DNA from: a virus
Direction: 5' to 3' (one strand)
Virus record (IMG/VR): IMGVR_UViG_3300028840_005911
Location: 32,001 to 96,000 of that record
Length of the DNA: 64,000 nt
How positions within the stretch are numbered: position 1 is the first letter of the stretch; each line of letters starts with the position of its first letter. A program made the position numbers and the translations under genes. Below, piece after piece: positions 55,483 to 62,912 of the stretch. The notes below the pieces were generated by a model. The model saw only the letters and a program-made list of their open reading frames with translations, was not told the DNA's origin and did not search any database.

Positions 55483-55776
55483 ATGAGAGAACCAATAGAC
55501 TACGACGGATACATGTGGGATCGAGACCCAGAGGCCGTAGAGGAACACAAAGAGCTCGAGCCCGCACTGGAGGTACTCGACGCCTTCATCTCGGACTGGG
55601 TCGAGCCGTGCTACAATTTCCTGGACTTCCAACGAGAGGCTCTGGTAACAATCGAAGCCTACATCAAATTCCTCGAGGGCCCAAACATGGCAGAAGGCGA
55701 TCTGAAGGCACTCAGGGAGAGGTTCCGAAATGAGCGAGAAAGAAGCCAAGAAGAGAGAGCTCCTGAACAGGGCTGA
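55483..55776 (+). CDS. Hypothetical protein
   Basis: GGAGG RBS. Confidence 0.6.
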   Translation: MREPIDYDGYMWDRDPEAVEEHKELEPALEVLDAFISDWVEPCYNFLDFQREALVTIEAYIKFLEGPNMAEGDLKALRERFRNERERSQEERAPEQG

Positions 55777-55930
55777 GAATACCCTAACGGAGCTCATGGA
55801 TGTTGTCGAGAAGGACAGCAAGAAGATCCTCACGATGGATACCATCAACGGGGTCCGCAAGCTCCGGACATATCTCGTCGGCGGACATTACACGCCGTTT
55901 CTTGGCATAAAAGATCGAACAGGCCAGTAG
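55730..55930 (+). CDS. Hypothetical protein
   Basis: GAGG RBS; stop lies inside tRNA 5' end. Confidence 0.55.
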   Translation: MSEKEAKKRELLNRAENTLTELMDVVEKDSKKILTMDTINGVRKLRTYLVGGHYTPFLGIKDRTGQ

Positions 55931-56001
55931 CTCAATTGGTAGAGCACCCGCAATCTGAAACATGCGGGAGGTTTGGGGTTCAAGTCCTTGCTGGCCTACC
56001 A
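55921..56001 (+). tRNA. Atypical tRNA, possibly Phe(GAA), with enlarged anticodon arm
   Basis: AGGCCAG/CTGGCCT acceptor, ACCA end, D arm, TTCAAGT loop; 22-nt anticodon arm; three G-U pairs in T stem. Confidence 0.7.
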
Positions 56002-56133
56002 GTTCCGGGCCATAGTGGTCCGGTGAAGCTTCTAGGATGGCCCCTGGAGCTTCAAGGCCCTGGGCGCGGGGAAGGAAAAGGATTCCTCCTTTTGGGTGCT
56101 CCCCGCGCCCGGGCAATCTCTCAAGGAGCGCCG

Positions 56134-56394
56134 ATGCACAAATTTAAGTGTCCCCACTGTGGAGACGATTCCTATATCTGCCGCAACGAGACGGTGTACC
56201 TACAGACGCCGGTGAAACCAACAGACACCTCATGGACATACGACGAGGACAGGATGGCATTTGACGGGGCGATCCTGTGGGATACCTGCGGACGGTACGA
56301 TCTCGATGACCAGGAATTCAAGTGTGTGAACTGCCTGACCGACTTCGACTGGTCCATCATCGACGGGCCAACGAACGTCGTTCTACCTGACTAG
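56134..56394 (+). CDS. Zn-ribbon protein
   Basis: CPHCG...CVNC; AAGGAG RBS. Confidence 0.7.
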   Translation: MHKFKCPHCGDDSYICRNETVYLQTPVKPTDTSWTYDEDRMAFDGAILWDTCGRYDLDDQEFKCVNCLTDFDWSIIDGPTNVVLPD

Positions 56395-56402
56395 GAACAA
56401 CA

Positions 56403-56642
56403 ATGAAATGCCAAAGATGTGAAAGCGAGAGGATCCTGAAATTCTCCGGGAAGACCTCTGACCTCTTTTCCTGCTACTACATGGGCAAAGAGCACCAAGG
56501 GTATGTGCCGAAAGGCATCGGTATCAACGATAAGTACAGGGACTATCTACAAGGACGTCTGTGCATGGAGTGCGGACAAGTCCAAGGAGAATTCCCCGTA
56601 CCCGGGCCAGACATCGAAGACGATGAAGAAGAGGAGTTGTAA
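56403..56642 (+). CDS. Zn-ribbon protein
   Basis: CQRC...CMECG. Confidence 0.7.
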   Translation: MKCQRCESERILKFSGKTSDLFSCYYMGKEHQGYVPKGIGINDKYRDYLQGRLCMECGQVQGEFPVPGPDIEDDEEEEL

Positions 56643-56643
56643 C

Positions 56644-57027
56644 ATGTTCGAAGAGCTGACCTTCAAGAAAGAGGAAGTCCTCAATAGGCTGAAGATCAAT
56701 CGCGAGGAGCATCTGAAGATCGTACGCGAAGCCCAGGAGGGTTACCGGGAGCAGTACGAGAAGCTCCTGGTCAAGACCCTCGATGATCTCCGGTCCGGGA
56801 AAGAGGTTCCTAACCACGTAGGTCTGACAGTCCCGTCGAACCACGTGGATGATTATGACCGTGCTATCGAGATGCTCGAGATGTGCACCGAGAAAGAGAT
56901 CATCCTCGACGAGAACCAGTTCCAGGAGCTCATGCGTAACAAGTGGAACTGGATGAGCGGGTTCCTGGTCAGCAACGCTGGTTACAGCGCCACTGCCCAC
57001 AACATCACCACGACAGCCGACGTGTAA
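56644..57027 (+). CDS. Hypothetical protein
   Basis: GAGGAG RBS before MFEELT. Confidence 0.7.
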   Translation: MFEELTFKKEEVLNRLKINREEHLKIVREAQEGYREQYEKLLVKTLDDLRSGKEVPNHVGLTVPSNHVDDYDRAIEMLEMCTEKEIILDENQFQELMRNKWNWMSGFLVSNAGYSATAHNITTTADV

Positions 57028-57054
57028 AATACTGAAATCATTCGGTTATAAGAA
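57025..57054 (+). promoter_or_regulatory. Phage consensus promoter
   Basis: TAAAAT-N14-GTTATAAGAA. Confidence 0.75.
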
Positions 57055-57175
57055 CTTCGAGGAGAAGTTTACACACCTGGTCCCCTCACTCCCCTCCGAG
57101 GGGACCAAACTCCTACACCTTGGGCCTGCCGGCAGGTATCCCTCCCCCTCCTGCCGGCAGGCCCCTTCAAAAACT

Positions 57176-57235
57176 GGATGTTAGGTGGAACTGCCGTGCG
57201 CATGTCCGGGAGTCCGTAGGAATGGGTAGGTGAGG
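57176..57235 (+). repeat. G-NNN period-4 tract (13/15)
   Basis: ggat gtta ggtg gaac tgcc gtgc gcat gtcc ggga gtcc gtag gaat gggt aggt gagg. Confidence 0.7.
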
Positions 57236-57236
57236 T

Positions 57237-57265
57237 AAGAAGGGGAGCCCTGTTCCTCTTCTTTT
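57237..57265 (+). terminator. Hairpin terminator
   Basis: AAGAAGGGGAGC-CCT-GTTCCTCTTCTTTT. Confidence 0.7.
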
Positions 57266-57271
57266 AGCCCA

Positions 57272-57302
57272 TGAATTCTAAGGTCTTCTTGCGGTATAAG
57301 GA
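57272..57302 (+). promoter_or_regulatory. Phage consensus promoter
   Basis: TGAATT-N15-GGTATAAGGA. Confidence 0.7.
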
Positions 57303-57338
57303 TACTGAGGAAGAACCTTAGCACCACAGGAGGAAGCC

Positions 57339-57683
57339 ATGAAATATCTTGAGAGAGCGGCGATAAGCCTGCAATCTGTTCTACACAAAGGGAGCACCGA
57401 TCTCGAGAAGATCGGCATCTTGCTGGCCAACATCCATACCATCATCGATCTGTGGATCCCCATCGGCCGGGCTGTTCAGATCATGGGTCGGGAGCGTTCG
57501 GCCCCGGTTCTGCGCTCGAGGGCCGAGAAGCTCATCAGGGATATCCGTAGAGAGGACGAGGATGCCGTCAGAGAGGATATCTCGGTCATAGAGGACATAG
57601 TATACCAGTACACCGGAAAACGTCCCGTAGGGGGCAAGGAGTACGCTAGCAGGGAGACTATCCAGTTTGTCGACGCCCCCTGA
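57339..57683 (+). CDS. Hypothetical protein
   Basis: AGGAGG RBS. Confidence 0.7.
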   Translation: MKYLERAAISLQSVLHKGSTDLEKIGILLANIHTIIDLWIPIGRAVQIMGRERSAPVLRSRAEKLIRDIRREDEDAVREDISVIEDIVYQYTGKRPVGGKEYASRETIQFVDAP

Positions 57684-57813
57684 GTCTGATACACTGGCCT
57701 CGGCCCTGCCGGATAGTTCATCCATGTGAGCTCCTACCAAGTCCAGCAGGGTCATTTATTTTGGAGAAGGAAATGGACAGACCAACATACAGGAGCAGAA
57801 GAAGAGTGGACTG

Positions 57814-58032
57814 GTGGCTATCACCACCGGTCTGTTCATCGACAGGGCATCTTCACGAAAACAGATAGAGGAGGCATGGCCCAGCCTCTGCAAGGATCTC
57901 GGGCTGGTTGATGACAAAACCGGGACGAACACGTACACCATTCAGGGGTTCGATCTCTACAAGTGGGTTGAGGAGAAGCACCAAGAGAAGTTCAACTCTG
58001 AGCCGGACCCTGTACCAAAACCCCATTCTTGA
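57814..58032 (+). CDS. Hypothetical protein (start uncertain)
   Basis: GTG start; strong-RBS ATG at 57773 is out of frame. Confidence 0.45.
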   Translation: MAITTGLFIDRASSRKQIEEAWPSLCKDLGLVDDKTGTNTYTIQGFDLYKWVEEKHQEKFNSEPDPVPKPHS

Positions 58033-58160
58033 CATGCGCGATCACCTCTTTGCAGTGATCACAGACAATGCACACATATCCGTCAATGACCTGAACGGAG
58101 AGGATATGGAACATGTGTTTCTCGAGATCCATTTCTAGATTGTAGCACAGGAGCAAAGTT

Positions 58161-58409
58161 ATGGGAGATTTGTCAGACGACCTCCGCGAGATGGGTATAG
58201 CCGAGGAAGGTATACCCCAGACGGAGATGATCTGTGAAATATTCGCACCGGTGATTGACGAGCTCATCGAACATCGCCTCGACGCGGCTACTACTGAAAA
58301 AGAGAAGAGGAATGCTCCCTACGATGTGAGGGACTACCTGTTCCGTCTGATAACCGCGATAGCCACTCAGAAAAAATACATCAGGAGGGCAAACGAATGG
58401 AAAGAGTAA
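58161..58409 (+). CDS. Hypothetical protein
   Basis: AGGAG RBS. Confidence 0.65.
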   Translation: MGDLSDDLREMGIAEEGIPQTEMICEIFAPVIDELIEHRLDAATTEKEKRNAPYDVRDYLFRLITAIATQKKYIRRANEWKE

Positions 58410-58639
58410 GCGCGTGGGTCATCGTCTGCGGGACTGGCGCCTTATACCCTATAGGGTCAGGTGGAGGGAAGGCCGCCTACATCCACAAAGAGGTCGCCGA
58501 GGATGTAATGATGGCCATCGCTGATCACGATAAGGCCTACGTCAAAGGTCGCGGAGGTCTTCACCTCGAAGAAATAACTGCAGAGGCCGGCCTGTTCAAG
58601 CAGCTAGGCCTCAATCTTGTCACGCAGGAGAAAGAGTAA
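58397..58639 (+). CDS. Hypothetical protein
   Basis: GGAGG RBS. Confidence 0.6.
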   Translation: MERVSAWVIVCGTGALYPIGSGGGKAAYIHKEVAEDVMMAIADHDKAYVKGRGGLHLEEITAEAGLFKQLGLNLVTQEKE

Positions 58640-58881
58640 TGGCCTACGTAGTCGGACTTCTCACAGATGAGGAGATGGAGATTCTCGAAGAGCGCGGATG
58701 GGATTTCGAGGAACCTCCCGCAGAGCTCAAGCTGGGGAGGTGTCCCCCGGGAAAGGTCCAGAAGATGGTCTGGGTCGACAGTGATATGTTCGAGATCATC
58801 GGCCCCTGGGAAGACAGGTCGTTCAGTGACGGTCCTCCCTACGATGCCGCAACTGCTACGGGGATGTACGACCGGTACTAA
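58639..58881 (+). CDS. Hypothetical acidic protein
   Basis: TAATG overlap. Confidence 0.6.
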   Translation: MAYVVGLLTDEEMEILEERGWDFEEPPAELKLGRCPPGKVQKMVWVDSDMFEIIGPWEDRSFSDGPPYDAATATGMYDRY

Positions 58882-58900
58882 ACACGGCCGGTTGAATGGC

Positions 58901-59040
58901 GATAGATTGAATGAGTTACTGATAGTTTGCGAGGGAGTTGGGAAGGACGGAGTCTGGAAAGCAGTGAGGAAAGGGCGGAAGGTTGTTCGATCTCACGAGG
59001 GATAGGCAGCCAGTGGGCCTGTGGGGAGGAGCGAACGGAA
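58901..59040 (+). repeat. G-NNN period-4 tract (31/35)
   Basis: gata gatt gaat gagt tact gata gttt gcga ggga gttg ggaa ggac ... gagc gaac ggaa. Confidence 0.85.
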
Positions 59041-59066
59041 AAGAGACTGATCTGGTCTCTTTTCTT
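59039..59066 (+). terminator. Hairpin terminator
   Basis: AAAAGAGAC-TGATCTG-GTCTCTTTT. Confidence 0.75.
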
Positions 59067-59074
59067 ACTTATGA

Positions 59075-59104
59075 AAAAATAACGCGATCCTTTGGGTATA
59101 AGAA
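59075..59104 (+). promoter_or_regulatory. Phage consensus promoter
   Basis: AAAAAT-N14-GGTATAAGAA. Confidence 0.8.
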
Positions 59105-59146
59105 AAGTGAAGAGGAATCGATAACTTTCACCCTTAGGAGGAAGCC

Positions 59147-59854
59147 ATGGGTAACGGTCGTCAAGGATTCGGACCAATAAATGGTGCGAAGGTGGTCAAG
59201 AAAGAAGCAGAGAATATGTGCGAATTTGGGTGGGTGGTGGATTCGATATGGTACAAGATAGAAAATGAAAAACTCAACCTGGCCATGAAAGGGCAATTCC
59301 CACAGCATCCATACTATTCCAAAAAGACGCAGTGCCTGCGAAAATCGACACGAACCAAAACAGGTCCTGTCAGGCCGGAAGATGTTGGCAAAAAGTGGCT
59401 GTTGAGGAAACTTGACGGGACACGTACAACCCTCTCGATCGTCGATGAGAAACCAGAAGGGTACAAACTCTTGTGCTCTCCAAAGAGGAAGAAACAGCTG
59501 GACCGCCTCAAACCGGCACCGGTCATCACCCAAGGGATGTTGGAAAACAAAGGCGCCACGGCAGCGATGAGCGCAGAAAAGGTCTGTCGTCTCTATCGGA
59601 CAATGGCGAAAGAGGAGTTCATCTTCGATAACCCTCCCACTATCGAATCCCCGGTCCCGGATTCGATGATCACCATTATCGCATTGAATGGTGGTGAGAT
59701 GCAGTCCTTTCAGGTTCCTGCGACTCAGATAGCCATCATGAAGGATGGTGTCGTAGGTGTCCTCGATGAGGAGTTCGAGTTCCAGAAATCGAACCTCCCA
59801 ACCTCGATGACAAATCTGCTCCGCGCAGCCGCAGAAAATGTCAGCTCGACATAG
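59147..59854 (+). CDS. Hypothetical protein
   Basis: AGGAGG RBS. Confidence 0.65.
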   Translation: MGNGRQGFGPINGAKVVKKEAENMCEFGWVVDSIWYKIENEKLNLAMKGQFPQHPYYSKKTQCLRKSTRTKTGPVRPEDVGKKWLLRKLDGTRTTLSIVDEKPEGYKLLCSPKRKKQLDRLKPAPVITQGMLENKGATAAMSAEKVCRLYRTMAKEEFIFDNPPTIESPVPDSMITIIALNGGEMQSFQVPATQIAIMKDGVVGVLDEEFEFQKSNLPTSMTNLLRAAAENVSST

Positions 59855-60554
59855 GCTGACTCCGAAAGAGGCCCTTGGTGAAGTACAAGAAATAGATCTG
59901 TACAGAACTCCGCTCGAGAAAAGAAAGTTCCCAGTTCCAAGCTGGGTACCAACGACGAATACGAACCTGGAGTTCCGGTATGAGCTCAAGGACTTCGTGT
60001 ACGACGTAATCTTGAGCGCCGCCAAGGACATCGGAGTTCGAGGGAACATGATCAGTCTGGCGGCCGGTAGGGGGCCTCAAATCTACTGCCGGCTCGCCAG
60101 CGTGATCAAAGGGTCGTTTCTGTGCTGCGAGTGGGACTGGGACAGATATCGAGAGCTGGTAAATCTGTACCGCCTTCTGGACAGTAAAGAGGCGGACAAC
60201 ATCTCAATCAGTCCTCACGACATCTTCACCGAGATTGGATGGGCGGCTGATGCTGGGGTCTCGTACTCAATCCTGGACTTCGATCTGATGACCTCTCTAT
60301 CCGTGAACAATACAGTCAACTCTTTGGTGGAGGCCATAGAACGCGGAGCATCTGACAAATCTGTGGTTGCTATCTGGAGTCTACACGGAAGGAAAATCAC
60401 CAAGAGCGAGAGCAGCAAAAGATATCGGGAGGTGGGCGGACTGCTAGCCAGAAAGTTCAACGTCGAGAAGGTCACCAAACTGGTGTACCCGAGTAAGTCT
60501 CTAAAGTCTCACTATGTCATCAGATCTAGAATTTACAGGCTGGAGAGGAAATGA
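59838..60554 (+). CDS. Methyltransferase-fold protein (possible TcmP-like partner of DUF5131)
   Basis: ISLAAGRGP, LCCEWD, HDIF, ILDFD in Rossmann order; adjacent to DUF5131. Confidence 0.55.
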   Translation: MSARHRLTPKEALGEVQEIDLYRTPLEKRKFPVPSWVPTTNTNLEFRYELKDFVYDVILSAAKDIGVRGNMISLAAGRGPQIYCRLASVIKGSFLCCEWDWDRYRELVNLYRLLDSKEADNISISPHDIFTEIGWAADAGVSYSILDFDLMTSLSVNNTVNSLVEAIERGASDKSVVAIWSLHGRKITKSESSKRYREVGGLLARKFNVEKVTKLVYPSKSLKSHYVIRSRIYRLERK

Positions 60555-61261
60555 GTCGCACCAAAATACCATTTGCCGATGAAGTGTGGAACCCAATCAC
60601 CGGTTGTACAAAGATCAGCCCAGGATGCCAACGTTGCTATGCGGAGAACATGGCCCATCGTATCGCCGGGCGATGGCCCCAAGCTGGCTACAGCAAGGGT
60701 GACCCGTTCGGAATCACCTACCACTGGGATAAGCTGCAGGAGCCGTTCAAGTGGAAGACGGAAAGGAGGGTATTCGTCTGTTCGATGGGCGATTTCTTTC
60801 ATCCGCACATACCGGACAGCTACCGAGACGTTGTTCTGTCAATAGTACAGGCTCGGCCCCACATCACCTTCATCTTCATGACCAAAAGAGCAGAGGAGGC
60901 ATACAGGTATTTCCGGAAGGGGACCCCATACAATGTGTGGATAGGAGCATCCGTAGAAAACCAGGTGATGGTCGAAGAAAGGACAGAGTGGATAATCCGG
61001 ATACCGAGCCTGGTCAGATTCGTGAATGTCGAACCCATACTCGGCCCTGTTGACTTGGCGAGGTACCTACCGCACCTCAGTTGGGTCATTGCCGGAACGG
61101 AGACCGGAAAACACAAACGTGAGGCGGACACGAACTGGCTACGAGCTACCCGCGACCAATGTAGGTCTTGGGACGTGCCATTCTTCTTGATGCAGGCGGG
61201 GGAGAACAACCATTTGGACGGTAAGCTGCACAGACAGTTACCGATAGGAGAAATATCATGA
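60551..61261 (+). CDS. DUF5131 family (Gp37/Gp68, radical-SAM-like)
   Basis: WNPITGCTKISPGCQRCYA, FVCSMGDFFH, TKR, WIGASVENQ, EPILG, WVIAGTETG. Confidence 0.9.
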   Translation: MSRTKIPFADEVWNPITGCTKISPGCQRCYAENMAHRIAGRWPQAGYSKGDPFGITYHWDKLQEPFKWKTERRVFVCSMGDFFHPHIPDSYRDVVLSIVQARPHITFIFMTKRAEEAYRYFRKGTPYNVWIGASVENQVMVEERTEWIIRIPSLVRFVNVEPILGPVDLARYLPHLSWVIAGTETGKHKREADTNWLRATRDQCRSWDVPFFLMQAGENNHLDGKLHRQLPIGEIS

Positions 61262-61611
61262 GCAAAGAGCTATACAACCAGCTATTGAAAATGATGTTGT
61301 TGGCCGATGTCCGGAACCCCATGTCTGCGACAGATCAGGTGGACTGGATCATAGAGATACTGGACGCGCTCTTGAACAGAACCAATGTGCAGTATATGGA
61401 TTTGGAAGACGGCCTTACGTTCTTTGAAGACAGGTCAACATACCATTTGACAACAATGTGCATCAACGAGGTGTACAGAGTGTACGTCTTGGAGGAGTTT
61501 GGTGGCGAGTTCGCCCTTATCACACCCAAACTCCTTCCGGACCATATCAAAGAAAAGATCCTGGATGTTCTGAAGGACTTCATTTCGAAGTGCGCCTCAG
61601 AAGGGACTTGA
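61258..61611 (+). CDS. Hypothetical protein
   Basis: ATGA overlap, AGGAG RBS. Confidence 0.6.
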   Translation: MSKELYNQLLKMMLLADVRNPMSATDQVDWIIEILDALLNRTNVQYMDLEDGLTFFEDRSTYHLTTMCINEVYRVYVLEEFGGEFALITPKLLPDHIKEKILDVLKDFISKCASEGT

Positions 61612-61701
61612 GTGACGGTTCGTACGGTCGGCTGTATGGTCGGGAGCGCGTCTGGATAGTGTGGGGTTTGTGGGACGGCCCGCAGGGATGTCGGAACGGT
61701 G
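61610..61701 (+). repeat. G-NNN period-4 tract (21/23)
   Basis: gagt gacg gttc gtac ggtc ggct gtat ggtc ggga gcgc gtct ggat agtg tggg gttt gtgg gacg gccc gcag ggat gtcg gaac ggtg. Confidence 0.85.
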
Positions 61702-61706
61702 TGGAC

Positions 61707-61735
61707 AAGAAAGAGGGCCTTCTGTCTTCTTTCTT
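61707..61735 (+). terminator. Hairpin terminator
   Basis: AAGAAAGAGGGC-CTTCT-GTCTTCTTTCTT. Confidence 0.7.
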
Positions 61736-61746
61736 ACATATTTTCG

Positions 61747-61777
61747 GAAAATTTGAAGGTGTTTTTCGGTATAAGAA
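61747..61777 (+). promoter_or_regulatory. Phage consensus promoter
   Basis: GAAAAT-N15-GGTATAAGAA. Confidence 0.8.
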
Positions 61778-61779
61778 TT

Positions 61780-62117
61780 GTGAGGAAAAGGGACGCTTTT
61801 TCCTTGTGTCGAGAAGGTCACCGGTAGGCGCCCACCGACACCTGAATATCCGCTACCGGGTGAAACTTGAGAAGTTAGAGTGCGCATTCTCAAGTTTCAT
61901 GGAATGGAGACGTGTTCGTGACGTCCCTGCACTCATGGTTTGGGAAACCAGGGGATGGTGATGGGATTAGTCCCCGGCTGGTAACAGCGCAGCTGTCGGG
62001 AAGGCGCCGCCAGGGATGGCACCCTGGCCGTTCGGGAGCTAGATCAGTTTTGGGCTATGAAGCAGCTGCCCCGAATCTGATCCGGTACCAAGAAGAGGGT
62101 ATCCCGCCTCTCTTCTT
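61780..62117 (+). ncRNA. Candidate structured ncRNA (about 340 nt)
   Basis: Promoter-to-terminator unit with several hairpins including 13-bp TGAAACTTGAGAA/TTCTCAAGTTTCA; no RBS-supported ORF. Confidence 0.55.
62090..62117 (+). terminator. Hairpin terminator
   Basis: AAGAAGAGGGT-ATCCC-GCCTCTCTTCTT. Confidence 0.65.
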
Positions 62118-62127
62118 ACCTATTTAG

Positions 62128-62158
62128 TAAAATCCAACACCTCTGTTGGGTATAAGAA
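62128..62158 (+). promoter_or_regulatory. Consensus promoter with palindromic operator in spacer
   Basis: TAAAAT-N15-GGTATAAGAA; CCAACAC-CT-CTGTTGG at 62134-62149. Confidence 0.8.
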
Positions 62159-62204
62159 TAGTGACAGGAGAATGCAGTCTTTTCAACACCCAAAGGAGGA
62201 GACC

Positions 62205-62393
62205 ATGTTCATCAAGGTTCTGACCATGCTGCCGACCAGGTGGCAGATCGTAGTCTTGAAGTGGATGCTCAGGACTGCGGAGAAGATCTCCGATGCTCAG
62301 CGGAGCGACGGGGAGTATCATCTGTCAACAGAACTCGATAGTGCGCGGGTCAGCTTCACAAGGAAGATCCGCGAGCTCGAGGAAAGGAGATAA
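62205..62393 (+). CDS. Small hypothetical protein
   Basis: AAGGAGG RBS before MFIKV. Confidence 0.65.
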   Translation: MFIKVLTMLPTRWQIVVLKWMLRTAEKISDAQRSDGEYHLSTELDSARVSFTRKIRELEERR

Positions 62394-62396
62394 GTC

Positions 62397-62540
62397 ATGG
62401 GACTGTTTCTGTTCGTAGTCGCGGTCGGCGCGGCGATATCGTTTCTCGGGGTTGTGATCGCCTTCGCGATGAACCCGCAGGGCCAAATCGAGGAGTTCAA
62501 GAAAGGCTATCGCGGCGAGTACACCAGAAAGGATGACTAA
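62397..62540 (+). CDS. Small membrane protein (47 aa), not in ORF track
   Basis: AAGGAG RBS; MGLFLFVVAVGAAISFLGVVIAFAMNPQG... Confidence 0.6.
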   Translation: MGLFLFVVAVGAAISFLGVVIAFAMNPQGQIEEFKKGYRGEYTRKDD

Positions 62541-62541
62541 T

Positions 62542-62557
62542 CCAACAGGTCTGTTGG
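62542..62557. promoter_or_regulatory. Palindrome CCAACAG-GT-CTGTTGG
   Basis: Perfect 7-bp arms; one of four copies. Confidence 0.6.
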
Positions 62558-62562
62558 ACACT

Positions 62563-62678
62563 GATTGGCTGGGAGTACGAGGGGTATATGGGATGGTAGT
62601 GAGATCTGACGTGTGAGCGGATGTCGTCTGGCTCGTACGGAGGGTTGGTCGGGAACGCGGACGTGGGCGAGAATGAAT
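62563..62678 (+). repeat. G-NNN period-4 tract (25/29)
   Basis: gatt ggct ggga gtac gagg ggta tatg ggat ggta gtga gatc ... gtgg gcga gaat gaat. Confidence 0.85.
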
Positions 62679-62698
62679 TCTGAGCCGAAGGAGTTCAT

Positions 62699-62724
62699 GG
62701 AGGAGGGCTATATGCCCTCTTCTT
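62699..62724 (+). terminator. Hairpin terminator
   Basis: GGAGGAGGGC-TATAT-GCCCTCTTCTT. Confidence 0.7.
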
Positions 62725-62745
62725 ACATGTATACTATATATAAGT

Positions 62746-62791
62746 CCAACAGGGCTGTTGTAAATTACTTACCGCGATTCTGGTATAAGAG
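62746..62791 (+). promoter_or_regulatory. Operator CCAACAG-GG-CTGTTGT abutting consensus promoter
   Basis: Palindrome 62746-62761; TAAATT-N15-GGTATAAGAG. Confidence 0.75.
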
Positions 62792-62912
62792 ATCTATGGG
62801 AGCGTGTTTCGCTCCTTCGCATTGAGCTGGTCCTGGAGTAGGTAACGGGTAACCGTGTGGCGCGCGACATGTCTACTCCAGGACCGCAAGACATTATCCC
62901 GGCCTTCGGCCG

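Larger units (their letters stand above)
57058..57265 (+). ncRNA. Candidate sRNA: two C-rich-loop hairpins + G-NNN tract + terminator
   Basis: Bounded by consensus promoter and hairpin; no credible ORF. Confidence 0.65.

Noticed and set aside
57773-57814. Programmed frameshift joining ATG 57773 to ORF 57814
   Set aside because: No clear slippery heptamer; could be a mutation or sequencing error.
58901-59040. Decoded triplets read as a protein (IINSTIFRGLEDELKQEKGEVFIHRIAPW...), suggesting a quadruplet code
   Set aside because: About 4 stops in about 190 decoded triplets is only a mild depletion; no RBS or start; random triplets often look protein-like.
58930-59040. CsrB-like GGA sponge
   Set aside because: GGA density follows from the G register; GGAs are not in hairpin loops.
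61874-61921. Short G-NNN runs within the 61780-62117 RNA
   Set aside because: Only 3-4 units; not distinguishable from chance.
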